From the NCBI GenBank assembly GCA_965644315.1, contig CBFFRQ010000064.1:1-64000 (forward strand): a DNA stretch of 64,000 nucleotides, given 5' to 3'. Both the position numbers and the translations under genes were made by a program. Position 1 is the stretch's first letter. Each line of letters starts with the position of its first letter. Origin of the DNA: Caecitellus pseudoparvulus. Its lineage: Eukaryota > Protista > Bigyra: Bicosoecida. Under the pieces are notes generated by a model that saw only the letters and a program-made list of their open reading frames with translations, did no database searches and was not told the DNA's origin. Shown here in pieces: positions 45,375-57,429 of the stretch.

Positions 45375-46440
45375 ATGTACGGCACGAAGCGGAAGCAAGA
45401 CAAGTCGTACTCTGTGTCAGGGCAGAAGTACGACTTCAGCAACAGCCTGACCAAGTTCACAGAGCACAAGGGTGCGTGTCGGCGGCGCCGCGTCGCACGC
45501 GATCTCCTGCGCCAGCCCCGCACTGCGCCTTCCCACACGCCACGGCGGTGTGTGTGTGCTGCCCCCACACCCCACATAGCCAAGCATGTGCAGCACACAC
45601 AGTGCCTTGCGCTGACGCGCTCTGTGGGAGGTGCAGGTTGGCTTGCGGTGGCCCCTCGTCGCTCGCGACGTCACGAGCTGTTTCTCGCGCTGCACAGAGC
45701 CCCTGCCCAGTCGGTGGAAGGGCAAGCAGTTCGCGACGGCGGCGCCCAAGAAGCCTGCAGCAGCTCAAGAGGGCCTCTTTGGCCGGCAGAGCCACCCGAA
45801 AAAGGACACGTACAACGACAGCACTGGCGGCGGCTACGTGAAGCGGGAGCCGCTGGCCCGCCGGAAGATGGCCTTTGGCTCCAAGGACGCCTCTCGACGG
45901 GACGAGTTCACGGACCACATCCAGACAGAGCGGTACCGCTGGCAGCTGCGCCAGGAGATGAAGTTCGTGGACAAGCAGATCGCCGACGCAGTCGTGCCGC
46001 CGCCGGCAGCGTGGCAAGGCGACACCACGGGCGCGTACAAGTCAGAGGAGGAGGTGGCGGCAGCCATGGCTGCCCACGAGGCTGCGGCAGCTGCTGTGGG
46101 CGCCACCACCACCTCCACCTCCGCGCTGCGGGGCGCCAAGGCCCGGCTCACAGCCAAGGCGGCGCTGCGACGTGGCCCCCCCAGCTCGCTGGAGATGGAC
46201 GATGACCCCTATGTCAGCACGATGAAGAGCACATTCCAGGGGACACACGCGCCCAAGAGCGCACGCCTGTTCGAGCCGCCCGTGAACCCTGGTGGCGTGC
46301 CGCCTCCCAAGCGCCTGGGACCCTACTCCACCACCTCCTCTGAGATGGGCCGTGGCGTGGCGGGGTTGGCCAAGAAGCCGACGTACGGCCTGAAGACGGC
46401 CGCCAAGGACTTCTACGACGTCGGGCATGTGGACGCGTGA
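45375..46440 (+). CDS. Basic low-structure protein, probable axonemal/flagellar-associated
   Basis: Spliced ORF with strong codon bias. RKMAFGSKDASRRDEFTDHIQTERYRWQL resembles motifs I recall from protist flagellar proteins; family not certain. Confidence 0.5.
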
Positions 46441-46624
46441 GGAATGCAAGGGACAGCTGCGGTGCGGCACACTCTGCCTGCAACGGCCACACTCCGACAC
46501 CTGGCGAAACACCGACACCAGCGCATCACGCACAGCAACGCCGGCCCTCGTGCACACGCACGACTGCCGCCCCACATTCTCAAACGCCAAAGCGTAGGCG
46601 TGCGGCCTGCCGCTTGCCTGCTCC

Positions 46625-49000
46625 ATGAGGTGCATAGCGGGCCTGCTGGCCGCTGCGGCAGCGGTGGCAGGCGTGGCTGCTGCCCCGCCCAACTTCGTCA
46701 TTGTCGTGGCAGATGACATGGGTGTGAACGATTTCAGCAATGGCGGCGCGCCCACCATCCAGACGCCGAACTTGGACAAGTGAGGGTCGGCCAGGTCGCA
46801 CGCTGCTTCGCCACGCCGAGAACGCAGCTCCTGCCCGCGTCGCCCACAGGCTGGCACGAGAGGGCCTCCGGTTCACACAGTTCTCGGTGGGCGCACCAGT
46901 GTGCACGCCAAGCAGGGGCGCCATGTTGACAGGTGCGGAGGGCAGGGCGCCCTGGCGAACGTGCTGCGGATTTTGCGGCACCCTGCTGCACTGCACTTCA
47001 CCGCAGGCCGTCTCCCCCTGCGCCTGGGCTTGTATTCCGAGTATGGATACCCCGTGGACAATTTCCTGCGCGTGTTCCTGCCCTCCTCCGTGGATGGCCT
47101 GCCAGGGGACGAAGTGACCATCGCAGACAGCTTGAAAGAAGCTGGCTATTTCACCGCAGCCATCGGCAAGTGGCACTTGGGCAGCAACCCTGCGACGAAC
47201 TGCACGCCGACGACGCAGGGCTTCGACTACTCGTACTCCATCCTGTACTCCCACGAAGAGGGCTTCCCCGGCCCCGCCCCGGCAGCTGACATCTTCCCCC
47301 CCGTGCCCCTCACTGAAATGGACGCCATCGTGGAGCAGCCGGTGAACCTGGAGACGCTGGGGGACCGCATCGTCACCCGCACCAGCCAGATCCTGGACGC
47401 CCTGACGCCCCGCAGCGGCGACGCGGACGCAGTGCCCGTGGAACCCACGGGGGACGACCCCGGCCCGCTGCCTGCCGACATCCCCGGCTTGGCCCCCGGC
47501 AAGCCCTTCTTCCTGTACCTCGCCCCCGCCTCCACCCACGTGCCGCTGTACGCCCAGCAGCGCTTCCACGGCGCCAGCCTGCGCGGGCCGTACGGGGACG
47601 CCGCCATGCAGACCGACCACGCCCTGGGCGCCGTCATGGCCAAGCTGTCGGACATGGGCGCGCTGGACAACACCCTGGTCTTCTTCACCTCCGACAACGG
47701 CGCGTGGCTGGACCCCTCCAACGGCCTGGGCGCCAACGAGAAACCTCTGGACGGCGGCTCCAACGCCCCCTTCAGGGGCGGCAAGGGCTCCACGTGGGAG
47801 GGTGGCTACCGCGAACCGGCGGTGCTGTACGCGCCCCCTCACATCCTGGACCCCGCCCTGGTGGGCACGGTGGACCAGCACGTCGTCAGCGCCATGGACC
47901 TGCTGCCAACCTTCCGGGAGCTGGCAGGGCTCCCCGCTGCGCCGCGTAACGTGACGCTGGACGGCGTGTCCTGGCGCCGCCTGCTGGCCAACAACCTCAC
48001 ATACACCGCCCGCGTGCAGGCAGACGCCTGGCCGGCCACTGCGCCGTCCCTCCCCCGTGTGGACCAGTACGTCGCCACGGCTCAGGCGTGGGCTGCACGC
48101 CACGGCAAGGGGCATGCAGGGCACGCCCATGCGCCTGGCACGGGGCACCGCGCCCCCGCCGTTGCTGCCGAAGCTCGCCGTGGCGTCCTGCCCGCTAACG
48201 GCCCCTCCTCTGGCGCTGCTGCGGCGCTGGCGCTGCTGGCATCTCTCACAGGCTCAACTGACGGCAGTGCTAGCCGGGCAGATGCCGCAGAGGCGGCGCG
48301 TTCGGCGCTTGTGGGGGCGCGGGGGCGGACGTTGAACGCGGCAGAGCTGGTGCAGCCGTACGCCGTGCAGGCAGCTGCGGCGGCTAACCAGGGGCCCCTG
48401 GACGTCGTGAACCCCTTTGGGCAGAGCTGGCGCATCGTGCCAGGTGAGGATGTCAAGGGGCCGTTCTCGCCGGCGTATTACGCACCAGGCGCCCCCGGAG
48501 CCGGCCTCGCCATCCCAGGCGGCGAGCTGGGCGCTGCACAGGCCGCCGGCACACTCGGCGCAGCCCCCAACTCCAGCACCCTGCACGACTGGGTGTGGTA
48601 CTGGCGTGACAACGTCGTGTACGCGGCGCGGTATGGCCCCTTCAAGGCGGAGTTCTTCACCCGCGCAGGGTTCGGGTGGGATGCTCCCACGGCCCACGAG
48701 CCAGCCCTCCTGTACAACGTGGAGACGGACCCTGCCGAGGCGCTGCCGCTGAACACGACGGCAGCCCCCTACGACGCCATGGTGGCCTTCATCACCAACC
48801 AGGCCAAAGCATATGCTGCGCACATGCTGCCCCAGGCACGGCCCAGCCGGTACCTGGCCATGGACTGGGGCCTCGTGCCCTGCTGCCACAAGCCGTACAA
48901 CGCCACGCGAGCCAAGGAGTTCTGGGCAGAGGGGGAGTACGGCCTCTCCATCTACGAAGAGTGTGTGTGCTCTGATGCGTTGACACGCCCCACTGCGTGA
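46625..49000 (+). CDS. Secreted/lysosomal formylglycine-dependent sulfatase (arylsulfatase-like), 2 introns
   Basis: Signal peptide, PNFVIVVADDMG, CTPSRGAMLTGR (CxPxR), GKWHLG, FFTSDNG and GGKGSTWEGG. Confidence 0.92.
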
Positions 49001-49185
49001 GTGGCCAATGCACTGGGCCGAGCACCCCTGCGGGCCGCGCACATTCACACGCCCAGCACCGCACCGCCACCTGTCAGCGACTTCACTCTGCATGTAAACT
49101 TCGCGGTGTTGTGAGCCCCCCCCGTGTCCCGCCCGCTGGTCTGCGCGCTGCGAGGCGAGAACTGTGTCGCCACTCCCAGCCCAGC

Positions 49186-50711
49186 ATGCTCTCAGCCCGG
49201 CTCGCACTCCGCGCAGCTGTTGCAGGCGTTGCAACAGCTGGAGTGGGGTGCTTTCTGAACCAAAGTCAAGATGTTGATGTGCTCCTTCCACTGCAAGCAT
49301 GCGTGCGGGCGCTGACTGCGTGGCCCACCATGGGCGCCTCAGCGCAGTGCGCCGCAGAGAACGTGGGTGCCTGCACAATTTCCGCGGGGTGTGCCTGCCT
49401 CACAGAATCCCCGACGCCGCTCCCCTCCCGTCACAGCCAGACACCGAGCAGCACTCTCTGCAGTCAGTTGGCCTGTCACGCAAGATAAAGGTGGGCATCG
49501 TAGGCGCGACGGGAGCAGTGGGCCAGCGCTTCATCAGCCTCCTGCAGGGGCACCCTTGGTTCGAAGTGGCGCTGCTGGGCGCATCCCCACGCTCAGCAGG
49601 CAAGCCGTACGGCGCAGCCGCAAAGTGGCAGATGACCCAAGACCTGCCCGCCGACATTGCATCGATGAAGGTGGTGTCGTGTGCGCCTGACGCCATCGCC
49701 GACTGGAGTTCCGACGTGGACATGGTGTTCTCGGCGCTGGACGCAAGTGTTGCTGGGGACATCGAATCTGCCTGCCTCAAGGCTGGCGTCCCCGTCTTCA
49801 CCAACGCCAAGAACTTCAGGACACACCCTGCCGCGCCCCTGGTGGTGCCTGCGGTGAACGCGGCGCACCTGCAGCCCTCCCTCGTGTGGCAGCGGCAGCA
49901 CAGCATCTGGGGCCGCCTGCTGGGCGGCTCGGGGGGCCCCGCCGCACAGGACGCCCCCCCCATCATCGTCACCAACGCCAACTGCAGCACGACGGGCCTC
50001 ACCATCGCCCTGGCCCCCCTGCAGCAAGCCTTCGGCCTGCGCTCTGTGCACGTCACCACCATGCAAGCCATCTCAGGGGCGGGGTACCCCGGCGTGCCTG
50101 CCTGGGACATGGCCAGCAACCTGGTCCCCAACATCAGCGGGGAGGAGGACAAGATCCACACGGAGTACCGCAAGATCATGGGCACGGCTGTCCCTGCAGA
50201 GGGCGTGTCCCTGGACGCCGTGCTGTCAGCAGCAGGCGACGCCAGGCGGGGCAACGCCACGCCGCTCGTGCAGCCAGCTACGTTTGGCGTGTCCGCGCAC
50301 ACCAACCGCGTGCCGGTGCTGGAGGGGCACACGTTCACCGTCACGGCGTCACTGGCCTCCGAGGCGAGTGTGGAGGAGGTGCTGGCTGCATTCGAGGCGT
50401 ACGCGCCAGGCCCTGCCGGCGTGATGGAGGATCTGCCCTCCACCCCGCGGGAAGCCGGCACTGGGCGCCCGCAGTGGATCCAGGTGCGGCGCGAGACCAA
50501 CCGGCCCCAACCCGCCAAAGACGCTGCCCAGGGCAGGGGCTTCACCACCGTCGTGGGCCAGGTGCGTCGCTGCCCCATCACCCCCAACGGCATCAAGTTC
50601 ACAGCCGTTTCCCACAACACCGTCATGGGCGCCGCCGGCAGCTCCATCCTCAACGCCGAGGCGTGTGTGCGACAGGGCATCCTGGGCCCTCGCCCCTCCA
50701 CGTCACCCTAG
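49186..50711 (+). CDS. asd: Aspartate-semialdehyde dehydrogenase (fungal/archaeal-type) with N-terminal presequence, 1 intron
   Basis: VGIVGATGAVGQRF..HPWF..GASPRSAGKPY, NANCSTTG, TMQAISGAG, NRVPVLEGH and SHNTVMGAAG. Phase-0 intron 49363-49436. Confidence 0.92.
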
Positions 50712-51482
50712 AAATGCAGCTGGCGTTGCCTGTGGCGGTTTTGCCCGCTTGGGGCTGGCCTGTGCCTCCCCCGCCCCAGGCCGCTCTCGCTTGACCCCCC
50801 CCACTGACGGAGACGCAGACTGGTAGTCCTGCAGCACTGCTTCAATGCTGAGGCCGCCCAAGGCCTCGTCTTCCGGCGTCAAGGCAGCCGCAGGCACTGG
50901 GGCAGGGGCTGGTTCCGGTGCTGCAGTGGGGGGCGCGGCCGGCGCAGGCGCTGGAGCTGAGCTGGGTATGGACGCCTCATCCCCACCACCAGAGGTAGGA
51001 GCAGGCGCAGGCGTCTCCTGTTCGCCCACTGGCGTTGGAGGCGCGCCTGGCCCAGATGGCTGGGCTTGCTGGTCAGCCGCTGGCGTGGGTGTCGGTTCCT
51101 CGCCCGAGCTGGCTGCGGCAGACTCTGCCGCGGCCACTGCTGCAGGCGGATTGGTCGCGCTGGGCTGGAAGTCCTTGGGACTCGGTGCGGTGGGCAGCTT
51201 GGCGATGGTCGTGAGCAAGCCCAGCACCCCGCTGGGCAGCTGGGAAGCAGGCGACACGCCATTGGAATCTTTGCGCAAGAGCAGTCTGATGGCTTTTGTG
51301 CTGGCCGACTGAATGCTTGCTTGGTACTTGTTGATGTGGTCGTGCTGCGCAGCGACGTACGCCCTCAACGCAGCCACTTCCAAAATGAGCGCTGAAACGT
51401 GCTGCGCCAGCTCGCCGTGAGACACGGTGCCTTCCCCCGAGCCAATGCTCACCGGTGCGCTTGGCGCTCCTTCACTTGGCAT
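50703..51482 (-). CDS. Hypothetical protein (N-terminal coiled coil, Pro/Ala-rich linker, basic NLS-like tail)
   Basis: 259 aa ATG ORF filling the gap between genes. Helical HVSALILEVAALRAYV; basic GVKRER and PKRAK. Confidence 0.55.
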   Translation of the reverse strand: MPSEGAPSAPVSIGSGEGTVSHGELAQHVSALILEVAALRAYVAAQHDHINKYQASIQSASTKAIRLLLRKDSNGVSPASQLPSGVLGLLTTIAKLPTAPSPKDFQPSATNPPAAVAAAESAAASSGEEPTPTPAADQQAQPSGPGAPPTPVGEQETPAPAPTSGGGDEASIPSSAPAPAPAAPPTAAPEPAPAPVPAAALTPEDEALGGLSIEAVLQDYQSASPSVGGVKRERPGAGEAQASPKRAKPPQATPAAFLG

Positions 51483-51749
51483 GGTGCGTTAAGTGACGAA
51501 AAAACGGGGATTCACTTTTTTCGTGATGCTGCGGGAACGGCCTTCACCTTCAACGGGGCTGTGGAACTCTGGGAATGGTGCACTGCAGCTCTCACTCTGT
51601 CGTGTCGGAAAGGCCAAGTGCACGTCGTGTCCTCGGGCTTGGCCAGGAATTCAACGGAGGGAAATGGAGCACTGAAGCAGAAACAGCGCCGGGTTCCGCC
51701 TGGGCATTTCTCTCACACGTTCCAGCGCAGCTTTGCTCGGCAGAAGTGC

Positions 51750-52993
51750 ATGTCCGGAAACGGGTGGCAAGTGGGCGGGGGGTGTTCACCCCCCCCCTCA
51801 CGCCCCTCACATGCGAGACCCTGCCCTCAGACGGGCAACGCCAGCTTTGTTCTTGCCTGAGGCACGGATAGGGTGACTATGCTAGCCTAGTTTCATCGGC
51901 CTTCAAGGCGGTATCTCGGGATATCCCAAAGAGGCTTGCGCAGCTGGCATGGGTGGAGAGGCATGCGGAAAATGAAATCGAGCCCTCGCGTCTTTGTTTC
52001 CCTGCCAAAGGCATCCAAGTGAGAGAGGGCCGCGCATGCATTCCATGCCTGAATGGTGGAATCATATGTAGCGCCCTGCCTGAGCACAGGTCCCTGATCA
52101 GCCGGCTAGCCAGGCTGCGGCGTGCCTCGGCAGGACCCTGGCCTGCAACGGCAGTCATCGCAGCAAGCGTGACCAGCGGCGTCCTGGACGAACTGGTCAT
52201 GGCCCGCGCGCTGGCAGCAGATGCACGGCATGCGTGGGCGCCACATGCCCCCACACAAGCGCCTCTTTCCGTGCCGTCAGCAATCCTCAGCGCTTCCGCA
52301 TCTGACACAGCGAGGCGACACTTTCAGCAACTTCTGCGGAGCGTTCCTGCACCTGCCGTGGAACCTGCGGAAGCTCCGCTACCAGCATTGCAGCGCCTGG
52401 CAGGCGTGCAGCACGCCCCAGAAGACATGGCCGTGCTGGAGGTGGACATGCCTGGCCCGTGCAACTGGCTGCTGGGGCGCCCGCCGCCTCCCCGCCTGCT
52501 GCTGCTGCAGGGCGTGCAGGACCCAGGCAACGTCGGCACACTGCTGCGCTCAGCCTGGGCCTTCGGATGGAACGGTGCCGTCCTCTTTCCTGGCTGTGCC
52601 AGTCCATGGAGCGACAAGGTCCTGCGGGCCAGTCGTGCGGCGTCGGCGTTCTTCCCCACCCTCGCCGTGCCTGCGGAGCAGGAAGCTGTCGTGCTGCAGC
52701 GCCTGCGTGCACAGGGGGCGCGCTTGGTGGCCACCCTGCCAGCTGGGAAGCAAGGCGCCGAGCTGGACTGGACGAGCACCTCAGCCCCCAGCACGGTGCT
52801 CATGGTAGGCAGCGAAGGAGCGGGGCTCAGTGACGTCTGCACCGCCGCCGCCACACACGCCCTGACACTGCCGTGCTCGCCTGCCCTGCCCACTGCTCGG
52901 CCACCTCCGCTGAACGCGGGCGTCGCAGGCTCCATGGCCATGGGCATGCTGGGGCCAAGCGGGCTGGTGTTGCCGGCACGAGTTCCCATCTGA
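51750..52993 (+). CDS. SpoU/TrmH-family RNA 2'-O-methyltransferase (MRM3/RNMTL1-like)
   Basis: LQGVQDPGNVGTLLRSA, SPWSDKVLRAS, MVGSEGAGLS and PLNAGVAGS. The start at 51750 via an intron is tentative. Confidence 0.8.
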
Positions 52994-53008
52994 CGCCAGA
53001 GGCACACT

Positions 53009-54166
53009 TCACCCCGTGCCCTGTGCAACGGGGGCTGGGCAGCCGAGAACCACGCGAAGCAGCCCACACAGCGGTGCTGCCAGGATCAGCGGCAGGGGCA
53101 GGTACATGGCCAACCAGCTGTCCAGGGGCACCTCCGGCACCAGGTGCAGGCCAGGGTGGCGCAACAGCGCTTCACCCCACGCGGCATGAAACGCAGCACT
53201 CAAGCGCACCGGGCCGATCCAGCCAAAGGGCTGCTGAGTCACAGCCACTCTCAGCGCTTCGGCTGACGTGTTCAGCGCTGCCGCTGACCAGTGTGCTGCC
53301 ACGGCTCGCAGCTGGCGTGCGAGGGGGCCAGGCAAGCACGCAGTCTGCCACTCCGCCACCGCACACAGCGTCGCAAGCAGCAAGTCAGCTGGCACGGGGC
53401 CCCGAATCACGGCCATCATGGCGTGGCTGCCAACGACAGCCTGCCCTGGCTCCAACCCCCTCGCAGTGCCTCCTGCTGGCCACAGCAGCACGTGCACGTG
53501 GCGGGTGGCGGGCGGTGGAGGCTCAGCCGGTGCGCCACTGGACCACGCTGCGCCACACTTGGCGTGGTACGTCACAGGGGAAGGTAGCTGAGCAGCGGTG
53601 TCCACCCCAGACCCGCCCCCCATCAGTGCCAGCTCGGACTGGGCAGGCTGCCCCGGCACTGACAGCCGAGCCAGCGGCGCCCTGTGCCACACCAGCTCCA
53701 CCGTCGACAGGGAGTCACAAGCGCCCCAACCCACCAGAGCTTCTCGCATCGCGTCAACCTGCGCAGCCTCCCACCTGCTTCCATCCAGTGGCACTGCCTG
53801 GTGTATGTGCACTGAGGTGTGCACAGCCCAGCGCTCCGCAGGCGGCAGGCGCTGCAGCTGCGCTTCCACCTCGCCAATCTCCTGCATGCTTGGGGGCCAT
53901 CCCGTGCAAGTCTCAAGCTTGGCTCCAGGCTCTGGAGCCTGGCCTGCAGGCAGCACCTCTGCTTGTGCTGCGGCGCTGCACCGCCACTTGCCCAGGCTGG
54001 CCTCCATCCCGCAATGCACCGTGCCGCCGACCCGCTGCCCATGCGCTCCCTCACACCACACAGGCACGCGCAACTGGAGCATATCCTGCACGCTGGATCC
54101 AACGGCTGCAGCCCATGCGAGAGCCACAACCAGGGGCAGCCGTCGAAAGCTCCAAGGTGCTGCCAT
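53009..54166 (-). CDS. PIGS: Divergent GPI transamidase subunit PIG-S-like
   Basis: N-terminal TM. C-terminal EALLRHPGLHLVPEVPLDSWLAMYLPLPLILAAPL resembles the recalled PIG-S motif AFFDPSLL..YFPDDQKFAIYIPLFLP. Confidence 0.5.
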   Translation of the reverse strand: MAAPWSFRRLPLVVALAWAAAVGSSVQDMLQLRVPVWCEGAHGQRVGGTVHCGMEASLGKWRCSAAAQAEVLPAGQAPEPGAKLETCTGWPPSMQEIGEVEAQLQRLPPAERWAVHTSVHIHQAVPLDGSRWEAAQVDAMREALVGWGACDSLSTVELVWHRAPLARLSVPGQPAQSELALMGGGSGVDTAAQLPSPVTYHAKCGAAWSSGAPAEPPPPATRHVHVLLWPAGGTARGLEPGQAVVGSHAMMAVIRGPVPADLLLATLCAVAEWQTACLPGPLARQLRAVAAHWSAAALNTSAEALRVAVTQQPFGWIGPVRLSAAFHAAWGEALLRHPGLHLVPEVPLDSWLAMYLPLPLILAAPLCGLLRVVLGCPAPVAQGTG

Positions 54167-54675
54167 GCGGAATTTGAACCTGGCACTGTGCCACGTCCAA
54201 TCCGCACCTTGTGCAAGCGATTGCGGGGGACTGTGCCCCAAAGACTGGATTGAAGCAGGAATCTATCTTGCTTTATTGCTTCTGGTGCCTTTGTCCCTCC
54301 CCCACAGGTCGCCTGTATCGGAGAATTCTGCTCCTCCGCGGCTATTGACTTCGTCACTCCTCAGTCCGACACCCCCCCTCCGAATTGAAAGCGTTTCGCG
54401 CATACGGGTCTAAAACAAGCACCAACACATTCGAAGGGCAACTGTTTCAATGACTTGACCCCAGAAAGGCAGCACCAGGGCCGCTCTGGGCCTTGGGGAG
54501 CTTGGCATGCTGAAGCTAGCTCCGCTGCTGCAGAGCGCCTCTCACGCGCTGCTAGTTTGACGCCTGTGCACGCACCTCTGCGAGCGAGATCGCATCCCCA
54601 CCAGTGTCTGCTCTCCAAGACGTGCTTTTGAAGCAGCAACTTTCGCCCCGTATCAGCTGCGCATGCCGTTCCAGC

Positions 54676-56177
54676 ATGGGGCTTGGTCCGTCCAGAAGCC
54701 GCACGGTGCAACCCATGCAAGCCGGCGGCGCCGGCACAGCCGGCAAGGACCGCTGGAGCCATGCTTGGATTTGCTCAGGCAAGGCGAAACCCCGACAGCC
54801 TGGAGGCAGGCCTTCGGAGACATACCAGCGCCCAGACCCGGCGGCAGTGGCTGCCCTCTTTGCCCCTCCGCAGTTGCCAGCGCTGGCATCAACTACGCCA
54901 CACGCAGATGTGCAACGGCACGCAATCTCGAGGGCAGAGGGAGCTTGTGGCACGCCCCTGCAGCTAGACGTCAGAGAACAACCTTACGCTCATTCTCCAC
55001 CCGCTCTGCCGGCTGCCTCTCCAGGGCAAGGCGAGGATGTGCCGTGGAAAGGCGCTCTGTCGGCGCGCAGCCCAAGCCCGTCAAGGCGCCACTCCCGTCG
55101 CCGCAGCAGCACCTCCACAGTCACGTCAGCAGCGAGCTCACCCGCTCGAGGAGGGGGAGTATCGCAGGAAGACTGGGCCCAGCTGGGCATGTCAGACGCG
55201 GCCATTGCAGCGTTGCAGGCAAGGCAGACACTCAGCTCTGCTCGCAAGTCACACTCACAACGCAGAAGGCGTGTTGCGCCACAAGCGCCCAACCAGGCAC
55301 CAGAGGGCCAAGACACGCCTTTGCCTGAGGTTGTGGACCACATCTCTGCCCAGCGCCGCCGCCACGCCAAGGCTTGGTACCGCACGCTTCGGGACTCGAC
55401 TTCCGTGGCGCAGTCAGTGGAAGGCGGCGTGCAAAGCTCCCCGGCCGTCTCGCCGTCACCGGGCGCACGCAGATACAAGGCCCAGCAGCGCAGCCACCGA
55501 CGAAGGCCCCGCAAGGCGCACCAGCTGCATGACACTCTTGCACACGAAGACGGCCTTGACTCGCCGGCTCTTGGCGAAGGGAGTGAGGGGGCTGAAGACG
55601 ACTTCTTCTTGGCGCCCGCTCTGCGCAGTGAAGATGCGCTGGTGCCTGCACTGCCGAGAGAGCGGCGTCGCAGTGTCAAGGCGGCCAGCAGTCCCTCCAC
55701 CGTCTCTGCAGACTCAGCATCGGCAGGAGACCCCGCCACGCCGTCCGCTGCTGCGACCTGTGCCGCGGCAGCAGCTCGGGAGCGCGGCGAGGCCTGCATG
55801 GTGTGTCTCTCCGACCTCGCCACGCGATGTAAGTGCTCGTGATCTGCACAGACAGTGCCCGCATGCGTTGCGGCTGGCGCTGCACTGCCCTGCCCATTGC
55901 CCTTTTCGCAGGTGAGGCGTGCCGCTCGGAGCGGCGCCGCGACTGCCCCCTGTCCAGGGGAACGTGCGGTCACGCCTTCCACACACACTGCATCATGCAG
56001 TGGCTTGCTACGTGTGTTGCGCAGCGGGGGCCAGAGTTGTGTCCCATCTGTGCCCAAGCATGGCAGTTCTCCGCTGACGAGGCCCGTGCCACGACCTCCA
56101 GACGAGTGTCTGCTTGGGCACGCCCGGTCCCTGCAGTTCCTGCTGAAGAAGGCAACAGTGTCGAGGACCCAAAATAA
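54676..56177 (+). CDS. APC11/RBX1-type RING-H2 protein with ~370 aa disordered N-terminus, 1 intron
   Basis: Intron 55829-55911 joins CMVC..RC|EAC..DCPLSRGTCGHAFHTHCIMQWL..CPICAQAWQF. Start uncertain. Confidence 0.75.
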
Positions 56178-56321
56178 TTTGAATTGACCTTTACTACCTC
56201 ATCGTGTCCATCAATGCATGGTCTGGTGCAGCAGCACTAGGCATCTCAGGCCGTGTCAACTTGTGCTCCACTGGCAGGGTGAGCCACAAGCGGCTTCCCG
56301 GCCTCCCTCGCCCTGCACAGG

Positions 56322-57130
56322 ATGGCTTCGGCAGGCAAGACCCGGCGAAGCCCCCCTTCATCTGACATTCTCATAGTTGGCGCGTCGGGTGCTGGAAAAT
56401 CGCTCCTGGTGCTTCGCATGAAACGTGCGCAGGGTTTAGTTGCGAATCGAAACGCAACCGAAACGCAAGAATTGCCACCACCCCTCCTACAGATGAAGCC
56501 CAGGGCAAGAGTGCGGAGGAGTTCACGGCCGATGTTCTCCAGCCAACGGTTCGTGTCGCGGACTTTGGACTGCTTTCAGGCTGAAGTGTACCCTGTGGCC
56601 GCATGCTTGCGCACATCGCGTCAAACGCAGACTGGCGTTGAATTGACATCCATTGCTCTGGGCTCGGCCACCGCCTCTGTGCGCGAGGTCGGTGGAGCCA
56701 TGGAAAGCTTGTGGGGTGGATACCTGGAGGGTGCAGCCCGTGTCATCGTGAGCCCCGCCATGGCACCGCTTCTGCCTCCCAATTCCTCACGCAGCTGACC
56801 CTCTTGCAGGTTGTTGTGGACGCGGCGGTGCCAGCAGTGGCAGGCGTGGGCTTGGGACAAGCGCTCGGCGTCATCACACACACTTCCATCGTGGAGCGGG
56901 GCGTGCCAGTGCTGTTCGTGCTGAACAAGGCCGACCAGCTAGACTGCATGTCACAGAAGACGGCACAGGCGCTGCTGCATTGGGCAGAGCTTACAAGTGG
57001 GGAGACCCTGGCGTCCCCCGTCACGCCGCACTTGGAAATGGTGCAGACCAGTGCCTTGGATGGGCAGGGGTTGCAGGCACTGCTGCGCTGGGCGAGGGGT
57101 GGGAGCGCCGTGGACCCGCCGCCTGCGTAG
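56322..57130 (+). CDS. ARL16: ADP-ribosylation-factor-like GTPase ARL16, 3 introns
   Basis: GASGAGKS, PT|TG, REVGGAM..W..Y (ARL16-type G3 lacking D), NKAD and TSA. Confidence 0.8.
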
Positions 57131-57429
57131 GAGCCCAGTCTTGCTTGATCCACCCCCCCATTTTTCTCTGGCGAGCAGAGGCACGTGTCACTTGCGTTGC
57201 ACCCGCCATTCCCCCCCTCTGCGCACTTTCCTCGTGGTCGGATGCGCCAGAGAGTATCAAGCTGTGTATTGGGGCTTGACACAACCAACGCTGCACTCCA
57301 TCTCGCAAGGCACGATCAGAGCCGGCCGCCTCGCATTCACGTTTCCACGAAGCTACAGGACTGATCAGACTGCACAAGCACTAGAGGGCGCCTCTCCTTG
57401 AATTTGCTCATCCCTCGCCGTGGGCACGC

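Noticed and set aside
32905-50701. Long antisense ORFs (32905..34191+, 41732..43084+, 43847..45262-, 46580..48148-, 49400..50701-)
   Set aside because: Expected from high GC3 on the opposite coding strand, with no independent motifs.
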